A DNA stretch of 31,614 nucleotides from positions 1-31,614 of IMG/VR virus record IMGVR_UViG_3300032295_000222; one strand, 5' to 3'. Positions 1-8,763 of this stretch are shown here, in pieces (the stretch's first letter is position 1; each line of letters starts with the position of its first letter). Below the pieces are notes generated by a model. That model had not been told where the DNA came from, did no database searches, and saw only the letters and a program-made list of their open reading frames with translations. The DNA is from a virus (lineage: Duplodnaviria; Caudoviricetes). The translations under genes were made by a program, and so were the position numbers.

Positions 1-123
1 GCAGGACTCAGTTGCCAACGAAGCATACGACAACGCATTTGAAGAGGCTGTCGGTGGGGGTATTGGCGCATTTAGACTCAGAACCGCATATGAGGATGAA
101 GAGGACGAAGAGAATGACCGTCA
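1..123. repeat. Terminal direct repeat, left copy (circular assembly overlap)
   Basis: 1-123 is identical to 31492-31614 (gcaggactcagttgcc...gagaatgaccgtca). Confidence 0.97.
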
Positions 124-1732
124 ACGCATCAGGTTTGAGCCGATATTTGATGCTGACAGCTCGGTATTCTTTGATCTGAACTCGAAACGCCAGGACAAGT
201 CGGACGCAATGTTCTGCTTTGTGGTCAACAGCATGACCCGTGAGAGCTACAAAGAAACATACAACGATGACCCGACAGACTGGCCAAAGATCATCCATCA
301 ATACGAGTTTGATTGGGCAACGCCAGATGTCGTGTTTGTCGCTGAATACTTCAAGATTGAGGAAGTCACAGAGACGATCCGCATCTTTCGCAGCATTGAC
401 GGGACAGAAGAGAAGTATCGTCAGGAAGATTTCAAGGCAGATGAGACATTAGAGGAAACCCTAATCGCTATCGGCAGCCAAGAGGTTCGGCAGCGAAAGA
501 TCAAGCGCAAGCGTGTACGCAAGTACATCATGTCTGGCGGCAAGGTCTTGGAGGATGCGGGATACATTGCTGGCAATTGCATCCCGATTGTGCCTGTATA
601 CGGCAAACGATGGTTTGTGGATAATGTTGAGCGTTGCATGGGTCATGTGCGTCTGGCCAAAGATGCACAGCGTCTGAAGAATATGCAGCTATCTAAGCTG
701 GGTGAGATCAGCGCATTGTCGAGCGTTGAGAAACCGATCCTGACTCCTGAGCAAGTCGCTGGACACCAAATCATGTGGGCTGATGACAATCTGCGGAATT
801 ATCCTTATCTGTTGGTCAACCCGATCACAGCCGCTGATGGCAGCACTCAGATAGCTGGTCCATTGGCGTACACTCGCAGCGCACAAATCCCACCAGCGAT
901 GGCGGCATTGCTCCAGATTACCGAAACGGACATGAAAGAAATCTTGGGCAGTTCTGGTCAAGGTGACAAGATGGTGAGCAATATCTCAGGCAAGGCTGTG
1001 GAGATGATCCAGACCCGCCTAGATATGCAGACGTTCATCTACATGAGCAACTTTGCCAAAGGCATGAAGCGATCCGGTGAAATCTGGCTGAGCATGGCAA
1101 AGGACATCTATGTGGAGGAAGGTCGCAAGATGAAGGTTATCGGGCGCACCGATGATGTCAACACCGTTGAGCTGATGAAGCCAATGGTGTCCGATACTGG
1201 CGAAGTGATCCTCGAAAACGACCTGAGCAGAGCCAAATTTGATGTCAATGTCGATGTCGGTCCATCCAGTTCCAGCAAGCGTGCGGCAACCGTTCGTGCG
1301 CTAACAGGCATGATGGCGATTACTGATGACCCACAGACCAAGCAAGTCCTGCAAGCAATGGCCATGATGAATATGGAAGGCGAAGGCATTGGCGAGGTTC
1401 GTGACTTTTTCCGCAAGCAGTTGTTGCGCCTGGGCGTTGTCAAGCCGACAGAGCAAGAGGCTCAGATGCTCATGGAAGAGCAGCAGATGAAGGGTCAGCA
1501 ACAAGACCCACAGGCTGTATTCCTACAGGCAGCGGCAGAAGAGGCAACAGCCAAGGCATCACAGGCAAGAGCCAGCGTTATTAAGACTGTGGCGGACGCA
1601 GGGTTGTCCAAGGCTAAGACAGCCGAGACCCTTGCCAAGACCGGAGTCGAGCAGCAGAACATGGTGATGACAGAAATCGAAGCCGCCCAACAAGCAGTAC
1701 AGGGTCAGGAGATTCAACCTGTTGTCAGATAG
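1..1732 (+). CDS. P22-like portal protein, C-terminal part (starts at 31163; 686 aa across the junction)
   Basis: Frame is open from base 2 and continuous with the ORF starting at 31163. Lies between terminase large and scaffold/coat; IPIVPVYG, 'GHVRLAKDAQRLKN' and 'FDVNVDVGPSSSSKR' segments and a Gln-rich helical C-terminus are typical of P22 gp1-type portals. Confidence 0.93.
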   Translation, partial: QDSVANEAYDNAFEEAVGGGIGAFRLRTAYEDEEDEENDRQRIRFEPIFDADSSVFFDLNSKRQDKSDAMFCFVVNSMTRESYKETYNDDPTDWPKIIHQYEFDWATPDVVFVAEYFKIEEVTETIRIFRSIDGTEEKYRQEDFKADETLEETLIAIGSQEVRQRKIKRKRVRKYIMSGGKVLEDAGYIAGNCIPIVPVYGKRWFVDNVERCMGHVRLAKDAQRLKNMQLSKLGEISALSSVEKPILTPEQVAGHQIMWADDNLRNYPYLLVNPITAADGSTQIAGPLAYTRSAQIPPAMAALLQITETDMKEILGSSGQGDKMVSNISGKAVEMIQTRLDMQTFIYMSNFAKGMKRSGEIWLSMAKDIYVEEGRKMKVIGRTDDVNTVELMKPMVSDTGEVILENDLSRAKFDVNVDVGPSSSSKRAATVRALTGMMAITDDPQTKQVLQAMAMMNMEGEGIGEVRDFFRKQLLRLGVVKPTEQEAQMLMEEQQMKGQQQDPQAVFLQAAAEEATAKASQARASVIKTVADAGLSKAKTAETLAKTGVEQQNMVMTEIEAAQQAVQGQEIQPVVR

Positions 1733-1802
1733 CAAGAAATGATTAAAATGTAGAAAATGGTATCCATCCAACCTTAATGGGTGAGTTTAATGGGGTCAGT
1801 TT

Positions 1803-2645
1803 ATGAATGACAGGGCAGAAGTAGACGAGAATCAAGAAGAGTTCGTGGAAGAGCTTGAGGTTGCAGAGGAAGTTGATCTGGAATCTGAAGAGTCAGAATC
1901 GGAGTCGGACGAGGTTGTTGTCTCAATTGGTGAGGATGCGCCCCCCGCCGAAGAGGAAGTTCGTGCGCCTGAATGGGTGCGTGAGCTGCGTAAGACGAAT
2001 AGGGAAAAAGAAAGGCGTATTCGTGAACTAGAGGCGAAGCTGTCGGCCACCACAACTGAGATCAAGCCAGTTGTGACGTTAGGACCGAAGCCCAAGCTAG
2101 AGGATTACGATTATGATTCTGATCGTTACGAGCAAGCAATTGACCAATGGCATGACCGCAAGCGTGAGCATGATCGTGAGGCAGAACAAGCCTTGCAGTC
2201 AGAGCAGCAACAGCAGAAAGCCTGGCAAGCCAAGTTGGATGATTACGGTAAAGCGAAAGCCGAACTCAAAGTCCGTGACTACGAAGATGCTGAAGAAACA
2301 GTCCAGCAGATTCTAAACGTCACACAGCAAGGTGTCGTATTGCAAGGTTGTGATAATCCCGCACTCGTTGTGTACGCTCTCGGCAAGAATCCAAAGAAAA
2401 CTGCGGAGCTTGCAAAACTGACTGATCCCGTAAAGTTTGCCTTTGCGGTTGCGAAACTGGAGAAGGAATTGAAAGTGACCAATCGGAGGGCAGCACCAGC
2501 ACCAGAACGAGTCGTGTCAGGAACAGGACGCTCATCAGGTGCTGTAGACTCAACCTTAGAACGGCTGCGAGAAGAAGCGGCTCGAACTGGCAACATGACG
2601 AAAGTCATCCAGTACAGAGCGCAGAAACGAACAGCCCCCAAATAA
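1803..2645 (+). CDS. Capsid scaffolding protein
   Basis: Between portal and coat; very acidic N-terminus, coiled-coil middle, 'PKPKLEDYDYD' segment, basic C-terminus. Confidence 0.85.
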   Translation: MNDRAEVDENQEEFVEELEVAEEVDLESEESESESDEVVVSIGEDAPPAEEEVRAPEWVRELRKTNREKERRIRELEAKLSATTTEIKPVVTLGPKPKLEDYDYDSDRYEQAIDQWHDRKREHDREAEQALQSEQQQQKAWQAKLDDYGKAKAELKVRDYEDAEETVQQILNVTQQGVVLQGCDNPALVVYALGKNPKKTAELAKLTDPVKFAFAVAKLEKELKVTNRRAAPAPERVVSGTGRSSGAVDSTLERLREEAARTGNMTKVIQYRAQKRTAPK

Positions 2646-2664
2646 TTTTTATTAGGATTTTAAA

Positions 2665-3954
2665 ATGTCAAACTCATTCTCGAAAGAAGAGCGTGTCGCA
2701 TTTGAGGACATCCTCGAAGGCTTCAACGATGCTCTAGTATTGTCCCGCAACGTTTCTATCTACAACACAGATAGTTCGATGATGGAACGCACCAACAACG
2801 TTATCTATCGTCCACAGCCTTACATCGCTCAGTCGTATGATGGTATGGATCAGACAGGTAACTTCACAGCTTACACACAGCTCACAGTTCCAGCGACACT
2901 TGGCTTTCAAAAGTCTGTGCCTTTCATTCTGGACGCTCTTGAGTTGCGTGATGCGCTGCAAGAGAACCGTTTGGGCGAAGCTGCTAAGCAGAAACTTGCC
3001 TCTGACATCAACATCGCCATTATGAACGTGGCTGCTGCCCAAGGCTCATTGGTTGTTACAACCAACACAGCCGCAGGCGATTATGATGACATCGCACTTT
3101 GCGACAGCATTATGAACGAGCAGGGCGTGCAGGCATTTGATCGTTACTTGGCTTTGTCAAGCCGTGACTATAACGGTCTGGCAGGCAACATCGCTGGTGG
3201 TGCTGGTGGCGCATCTGTGTCACGCAGTTTCTCTGGCAACAAGTCAAACAATGCGTTTGAGCGCAGTTTCGTTGGTATGGTCGCAGGCTTTGAGACCTAC
3301 AAACTTGACTATGCAAACCGTCTGGTTGGTGCTGTCGGTGCAAACACCACAATGTCAACATTGGCTGCTGCAAACAACTTCTATGTCCCACAAGCCACAC
3401 AAACTGCTGTGACAGGTGAGACCCAGAACGTTGACAACCGTTTCCAGACAATCACCGTGACAGCGAGCGCAGGCTTGTTGGTCGGCACACCGTTTGAAAT
3501 CGCAGGCGTTGAGGCTGTCCATCACATCACCAAACAAGGTACTGGCTTTGCCAAGACTTTCCGTGTGGTGCAAGTGGTCAATGCAACTTCTGTCGTTATC
3601 ACACCACCGATCATTTCTGCTCAAGGTGGAACAGACGCAGAACTGCAATACCAGAACTGTATCGTTACTCCTAACGCAGCAGCTGGAATTACCCGTCTGA
3701 ACCTTGACACAGCACCTATCAACTGCTTCTGGCAGAAAGATGCTCTTGAGATTCTGCCTGGTCGTTACGCTGTGCCATCTGATGCTGGTGTCGCAGTCAT
3801 GCGTGCCTCGACAGATCAGGGCATCGAGTTGGTGATGCAGAAGCAATACGATGTGAACACAATGAAGACCAAGTATCGTCTCGATACACTCTTTGGCGTG
3901 GTCAATAAGCAGCCAGAAATGTCTGGTATCTTGTTGTTTAACCAGACTCCTTAA
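2665..3954 (+). CDS. Major capsid protein, P22 gp5-like coat
   Basis: 429 aa after the scaffold, AGGA SD; 'IYRPQPY' and C-terminal 'KYRLDTLFGVVNKQPEMSG' resemble the P22 coat family. Confidence 0.92.
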   Translation: MSNSFSKEERVAFEDILEGFNDALVLSRNVSIYNTDSSMMERTNNVIYRPQPYIAQSYDGMDQTGNFTAYTQLTVPATLGFQKSVPFILDALELRDALQENRLGEAAKQKLASDINIAIMNVAAAQGSLVVTTNTAAGDYDDIALCDSIMNEQGVQAFDRYLALSSRDYNGLAGNIAGGAGGASVSRSFSGNKSNNAFERSFVGMVAGFETYKLDYANRLVGAVGANTTMSTLAAANNFYVPQATQTAVTGETQNVDNRFQTITVTASAGLLVGTPFEIAGVEAVHHITKQGTGFAKTFRVVQVVNATSVVITPPIISAQGGTDAELQYQNCIVTPNAAAGITRLNLDTAPINCFWQKDALEILPGRYAVPSDAGVAVMRASTDQGIELVMQKQYDVNTMKTKYRLDTLFGVVNKQPEMSGILLFNQTP

Positions 3955-3965
3955 AGGAAACAATC

Positions 3966-4568
3966 ATGTCCTATAACATCGTTTTTACCCAAGGCACAGC
4001 GACTGTCACAGTCGGAGCTGCTGAGTCTATCGCCATTCAATCTTACTCGCCAGCAAGCGTGTTTCAAGAAGTTGGTTTCCCCAATTTCCCCGAAGCACAA
4101 GACTTGCTCGGCGTGGTTGAGAATGAGACAACAGTCTTTGGCCCATTCGCTGCTGGTGCGACTATCGTCATCCAAGGCGGTGCATCACAAGTCGCTTATG
4201 CTGTTGGCACAAACCCTGTCATCTCTGACAGCGGCAAATACCAAGAGCAAGGCGCACCTGGCGTGTTGAATGCTACAGGCACGCTGACTGCTGCCATGAT
4301 CCTTTCTGGTATCGTGACATCAACCTCAGCCGCAGCTGTAACAGCAACATTGGATACTGGTGCGATTATGGACGCAGCAAGCGAGTTCGCCATTGGTGAT
4401 TCGTTTGATTGGTCTGTTATCAACACAGGTCCAAGTGCCTTCACCGTGACAGCAGCTGCAAGCGGTCACACGATTGTTGGCACAGCTGCTGTGGCAACTG
4501 TGACATCAGCTGTGTGGCGCACTCGCAAGACTGCTGCTGACACTTTCGTGTCTTATCGTTTGTCGTAA
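3966..4568 (+). CDS. Putative capsid decoration / minor structural protein
   Basis: 200 aa, Ala/Thr/Val/Gly-rich beta-type composition, AAGGA SD, directly after coat and followed by a hairpin. Confidence 0.6.
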   Translation: MSYNIVFTQGTATVTVGAAESIAIQSYSPASVFQEVGFPNFPEAQDLLGVVENETTVFGPFAAGATIVIQGGASQVAYAVGTNPVISDSGKYQEQGAPGVLNATGTLTAAMILSGIVTSTSAAAVTATLDTGAIMDAASEFAIGDSFDWSVINTGPSAFTVTAAASGHTIVGTAAVATVTSAVWRTRKTAADTFVSYRLS

Positions 4569-4575
4569 GCAATAA

Positions 4576-4606
4576 GCAGGCTCACATTCGTGGGCCTGCC
4601 CTCTTT
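4576..4606 (+). terminator. Hairpin, probable leaky intrinsic terminator after the head genes
   Basis: GCAGGCTCAC-ATTC-GTGGGCCTGC 10-bp stem (one G-U) followed by CCTCTTT. Confidence 0.6.
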
Positions 4607-4611
4607 GGGAG

Positions 4612-4767
4612 ATGGCTATGATGGGTAAGAAAATGGGCGATATGATGTCCAAGACGATCAAGAAAGAAATGAAAGCAGGCAAGCCCCAAAAGCAAGCCGT
4701 GGCTATGGCATACAGCATGAACAAGCCTGCCAAGAAAGCAGCAAAAAAAGTCGCAATGAAGAAATGA
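4612..4767 (+). CDS. Small Lys/Met-rich basic protein (51 aa, not in ORF track)
   Basis: MAMMGKKMGDMMSKTIKKEMKAGKPQKQAVAMAYSMNKPAKKAAKKVAMKK; GGAG upstream of the clustered ATGs; stop overlaps the next start (ATGA). Confidence 0.75.
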   Translation: MAMMGKKMGDMMSKTIKKEMKAGKPQKQAVAMAYSMNKPAKKAAKKVAMKK

Positions 4768-5114
4768 TTAAGTCAGCTGCAATAATTAAGAATGCGCCTC
4801 GGGCCGAGTGGCGTGAGGTGCGTCTTGCCAAGAAGAAAGCCAAGAAAGAGGCACAACTTGAGCGCAAGGCCATCAAGGTTCACTTTCCATCGCCAATGAA
4901 TGTGCGAGTCAGAGAGCCTGTCGAGACTGTTGAGAACGTTGAGGTTTTTGAGATTGTTGAGGTGGCAGAGGTTGCCGAATCCATGATCGAATCTGATGCG
5001 CCCCCGACCCGTGAAGAGATGGCTATCAAAGCTCGGGAGCTTGGCATAAAATTCGATGGTAGAACGTCAGACAAGAAATTGAGTTCACTCATTGCAACAG
5101 CACTAGGAGGCTGA
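4764..5114 (+). CDS. Hypothetical protein with C-terminal helix-extension-helix (HeH/LEM-like) motif
   Basis: ATGA-coupled; C-terminal 'TREEMAIKARELGIKFDGRTSDKKLSSLI'. Confidence 0.65.
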   Translation: MIKSAAIIKNAPRAEWREVRLAKKKAKKEAQLERKAIKVHFPSPMNVRVREPVETVENVEVFEIVEVAEVAESMIESDAPPTREEMAIKARELGIKFDGRTSDKKLSSLIATALGG

Positions 5115-5115
5115 C

Positions 5116-5598
5116 ATGGGGTATAGCAAGCGGCAATTCATCACAGCTGCGCTGGAAGAAATCGGGCTTGCATCCTATGTCTTTGATATGCAGCCTGAGC
5201 AAATTGATACTGCTAGACGTAGACTTGATGCGATGATGGCTGATTGGAACGGAAAGGGAATCCGATTAGGTTATCCTATACCGTCAAGTCCTCAAGATGG
5301 TGATCTTGACCAAGAAACAGAAGTTCCAGATTCTGCTTATGAGGCGATTATCTGCTCTCTAGGCATTAGGCTTGCGCCAAGTTATGGCAAGACTGTCATG
5401 CCAGAGACCAAGGTTGTGGCCAAGCAGGGATATGACATTCTGCTTCAGCGTGCGACTTATCCTCTTGAGAAGCAACTGCCAAACACGATGCCATCTGGCG
5501 CAGGCAACAAGCCTTGGCGAGTCTACGACAACCCGTTTGTCAGACCACCATATTTCCCTGTGGACGCTGGTCCAGACGGTCCAATCGAATACAACTAA
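5116..5598 (+). CDS. Head-to-tail adaptor / packaged DNA stabilization protein, P22 gp4-like
   Basis: GGAGG SD; 'ALEEIGLA', 'LDAMMADW..GIRLGY', 'RLAPSYG' and 'MPSGAGNK' resemble P22 gp4; 160 aa. Confidence 0.85.
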   Translation: MGYSKRQFITAALEEIGLASYVFDMQPEQIDTARRRLDAMMADWNGKGIRLGYPIPSSPQDGDLDQETEVPDSAYEAIICSLGIRLAPSYGKTVMPETKVVAKQGYDILLQRATYPLEKQLPNTMPSGAGNKPWRVYDNPFVRPPYFPVDAGPDGPIEYN

Positions 5599-5607
5599 GG
5601 AAAAGTC

Positions 5608-6648
5608 ATGCCAACCATCAATCAATTGCCCTTACTCAGCCCGATTTCTAGCGGAGATCAGCTGCCCGTTTATTCGCCAAACAATGGCGATGCTCGTAGA
5701 ACGTCAATCGGTAGTTTGCTGACTTTCTTTCAACAGAGCTTTGCCTCTCCTACTCTTTCTGTCAATCTGTATGTGCCAGGCACAGGTTTTAACATTACAG
5801 TTCCAACGCCTGTCAGCCAAGACCAATGGATGTTGTTGCAGCCTGCTGGCACGTTGGCAAGTGGCACGATTACCCTGCCATTGAATACTGGTGTGCCAGA
5901 TGGAACGACCATTCTGATTACCACCACACAAGAGATTACGTCTTTGACGATTGCTCTTAATGGTGCGTCTGCTTTGTATGGCGGCGTGACATTCTTGGGC
6001 GCAGGCACAGCGACAGCAATCCGTTTCTATCAGCCAACCAATTCTTGGTATCAGATCAACGCTGAGACAGTTTACGCTGCTGGCATACAAGCATTCTTGG
6101 CAACTCCATCAAGTGCTAATTTACGCACAGCGATGACTGATGAGACAGGCACAGGCGTGTTGGTGTTTAACACAACCCCAACGCTTGTCACACCAGTCAT
6201 CACCAATCCAACAGTCAGCACAGGAACATTCACAAGCCCAGCATTGGTCACTCCAGCAATTGGCGTGGCCACAGGCACAAGTCTGGAGGCCACAGGAAAG
6301 ATTGTTTCGACAGGTACGGCAGGCATTGGATATGCAACTGGCTCTGGTGGAACTGTTACGCAAGGCACAAGCCGCACAACAGGCGTGACGCTTAACAAGA
6401 CAAACGGTTCAATCACTTTGTTTAGCGCAGCGGGAACAACTGTTGCCGCAACATTCACCGTGACAAATAGCACCGTGACCTCAACGGATGTGATTATCTT
6501 GAATCAACAGTCTGGAACAGACTTGTATGATCTGATGGTCACAAACGTGGCAGGCGGAAGTTTTAAAATAACATTCCGCACCACAGGCGGCACAACCACA
6601 GAGCAGCCAGTATTTAACTTCTCTGTTATCAAAGGCGTAACTTCCTAA
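5608..6648 (+). CDS. Putative fibre / minor tail structural protein
   Basis: 346 aa Thr/Gly-rich, 'DETGTGVLVF..PTLVTP' fibre-type repeats, beta-rich C-terminus. Confidence 0.7.
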   Translation: MPTINQLPLLSPISSGDQLPVYSPNNGDARRTSIGSLLTFFQQSFASPTLSVNLYVPGTGFNITVPTPVSQDQWMLLQPAGTLASGTITLPLNTGVPDGTTILITTTQEITSLTIALNGASALYGGVTFLGAGTATAIRFYQPTNSWYQINAETVYAAGIQAFLATPSSANLRTAMTDETGTGVLVFNTTPTLVTPVITNPTVSTGTFTSPALVTPAIGVATGTSLEATGKIVSTGTAGIGYATGSGGTVTQGTSRTTGVTLNKTNGSITLFSAAGTTVAATFTVTNSTVTSTDVIILNQQSGTDLYDLMVTNVAGGSFKITFRTTGGTTTEQPVFNFSVIKGVTS

Positions 6649-6833
6649 TGGCTACAAAGCCAAAATCCTCGGTCAACGCAGCTGGCAACTATACGAAGCC
6701 AACGATGCGAAAGCGTCTCTTTGCGGAGATCAAGGGTTCGGCTGTGCAGGGTACGGCAGCGGGTGAGTGGTCAGCAAGAAAGGCACAACTCTTGGCTAAG
6801 AAGTACAAAGAGAAGGGGGGCAGATACAAATGA
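6648..6833 (+). CDS. Small basic protein, DUF5872-like N-terminal half
   Basis: 'YTKPTMR..GEWSARKAQLLAKKYKEKGGRY' motif; TAATG coupling. Confidence 0.7.
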   Translation: MATKPKSSVNAAGNYTKPTMRKRLFAEIKGSAVQGTAAGEWSARKAQLLAKKYKEKGGRYK

Positions 6834-7063
6834 AAGCCACCCAAAAAAGTCTGAAGGATTGGGGCAGTCAGGATTGGCGCACGAAGTCTGGCAAGAAGTC
6901 ATCCGAGACGGGTGAGCGTTATCTGCCAGCCAAGGCGATCAAGTCATTGACCCCAGCTGAGTATGCAGCCACCACCAAAGCCAAGCGGGAAGCTACAGCA
7001 AAGGGCAAGCAGTTTGCCAAGCAACCCAAAAAGGTCGCAGAGAAGATTAAGAGATTCAGATGA
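6830..7063 (+). CDS. Small basic protein, DUF5872-like C-terminal half
   Basis: 'QKSLKDW..QDWRTKSGKKSSETGERYLP' motif; ATGA coupling. Confidence 0.7.
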   Translation: MKATQKSLKDWGSQDWRTKSGKKSSETGERYLPAKAIKSLTPAEYAATTKAKREATAKGKQFAKQPKKVAEKIKRFR

Positions 7064-7356
7064 AAAGCCCAGCCTACACTCGCAAAGAAGGTCAGAACCC
7101 AAAAGGTGGCCTTAATGCCAAAGGTCGTGCGAGTGCCAAGGCTGAGGGCATGAATCTGAAGCCTCCTGTCAAATCTGGTGACAATCCTCGCCGAGCATCG
7201 TTCTTGGCTCGCATGGGTGGCAACGCTGGTCCTGAGTACAAAGATGGTGAGCCAACCCGATTGCTGTTGAGTTTGCGTGCATGGGGCGCATCGTCCAAGG
7301 CTGATGCACAAGCAAAAGCTAAGAAAATCTCTGCCAGAAATAAGGCGAAAAAGTAA
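7060..7356 (+). CDS. Small basic phage protein (DUF6321-like)
   Basis: 'RKEGQNPKGGLNAKGRAS..RRASFLARMGG..LRAWG'; ATGA coupling. Confidence 0.7.
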   Translation: MKSPAYTRKEGQNPKGGLNAKGRASAKAEGMNLKPPVKSGDNPRRASFLARMGGNAGPEYKDGEPTRLLLSLRAWGASSKADAQAKAKKISARNKAKK

Positions 7357-8763
7357 ATGCAAATCCCTATTTTGTCCGGCATATTCACCGACAACGGACC
7401 AGACTTTAGAACGTCTTATCCCGTCAATCTTGTGCCAACTCCAAAGGCAAGCGGGATCAGCTCTGGGTATTTGCGCCCAGGCGATGGGATTGTGGCCAAC
7501 GGAACAGGACCAGGCATAGACCGAGGCGGCATCAATTGGCAAGGCAAACTTTATCGTGTGATGGGTACAAGTCTCGTTGAGATTTCGAGTAGTGGAACTG
7601 TGGCGGTGCTTGGCGATGTTGGTGGCCCAGTCGAGGGGCTGGTCACATTTGACTACAGTTTTGATCTATTGGCTATCGCATCAGGTGGGCGGCTGTATTA
7701 TTGGAATGGGACTACTCTCGTCCAAGTGACCGACCCAGACTTGGGCGTGGTGCTGGATGTGGTTTGGGTTGATGGTTATTTTATGACCACAGATGGCGAG
7801 TTCTTGGTGGTCACAGAGCTGTCAGACCCAACTCAGGTCAATCCATTAAAATATGGCAGCTCTGAGGTCGATCCTGACCCTGTGGTGGCATTGTTGAAGC
7901 TAAGAAACGAAGTCTATGCGCTGAATAGAAACACTATTGAGGTGTTTGATAACGTGGGCGGCGCATTGTTTCCCTTTGCTCGCATCGATGGCGCACAAAT
8001 TCAAAAAGGCTTAATCGGAACGTTTGCTTGTTGTGTATATCAAGAATCAATTGCATTTTTGGGTAGTGGTCGCAACGAAGCTCCAGGCATCTACATTGGT
8101 GCAAACGCAACGGCCAAGAAGATTAGCACTCAAGAAATTGATGAGATTCTCTTGCAATATACGGAAGAGCAGCTCGCAACGGTAAAACTTGAAGCACGCA
8201 ATGATCGGGCGCATGAGCATTTGTACATTCATTTGCCAGACAGAACGCTGGTATTTGATGCAGCTGCGTCTCAGGCTTTACAAGACTTGGTATGGTTCAA
8301 CCTGACATCTACAGTTGTAGGATTTGCTCAATATCGTGCTAGAAATATGGTTTATGCCTATGACAAATGGTTGGTGGGCGATCCGCAATCTAGCAATATT
8401 GGCTATCTGGTGGATACCATTGGCTCGCATTGGGGCGAGCAAGTGCGCTGGGAATTTGGTACGCTGATTGTCTATAACGAGGGCAAAGGTGCATTATTTC
8501 ATGAGATGGAGTTGGTCAGCTTAACGGGTCGGGTGGCATTGGGTATTGATCCACAGATAAGCACCAGCTATTCGCTTGATGGGCTATCCTACAGCCAAGA
8601 GAAATTTATTAAGGTTGGCACTATTGGCAACTCATCTAAGCGTCTGGCGTGGTTTCAGCAGGGACACATGAGGAACTTTAGAATCCAAAGATTTAGGGGT
8701 GACAGCGACTCGCATATTTCCCTAGCTCGTCTTGAGGCTAAGATTGAAGGATTGGCGTATTAA
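7357..8763 (+). CDS. Tail hub / packaged DNA stabilization protein, P22 gp10-like
   Basis: 468 aa, starts MQIPILSG, 'PVNLVPTPK', 'GIDRG', beta-propeller-like repeats; size and position match gp10. Confidence 0.88.
   Translation: MQIPILSGIFTDNGPDFRTSYPVNLVPTPKASGISSGYLRPGDGIVANGTGPGIDRGGINWQGKLYRVMGTSLVEISSSGTVAVLGDVGGPVEGLVTFDYSFDLLAIASGGRLYYWNGTTLVQVTDPDLGVVLDVVWVDGYFMTTDGEFLVVTELSDPTQVNPLKYGSSEVDPDPVVALLKLRNEVYALNRNTIEVFDNVGGALFPFARIDGAQIQKGLIGTFACCVYQESIAFLGSGRNEAPGIYIGANATAKKISTQEIDEILLQYTEEQLATVKLEARNDRAHEHLYIHLPDRTLVFDAAASQALQDLVWFNLTSTVVGFAQYRARNMVYAYDKWLVGDPQSSNIGYLVDTIGSHWGEQVRWEFGTLIVYNEGKGALFHEMELVSLTGRVALGIDPQISTSYSLDGLSYSQEKFIKVGTIGNSSKRLAWFQQGHMRNFRIQRFRGDSDSHISLARLEAKIEGLAY

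Noticed and set aside
209-1732. Portal as a 507-aa protein starting at 209
   Set aside because: The frame is open upstream through the junction to ATG 31163.
3355-3963. Long antisense ORFs opposite structural and nin genes (also 6919-7542, 13688-14236, 27586-28233)
   Set aside because: Shadow frames of well-supported sense genes, without motifs or expression signals.
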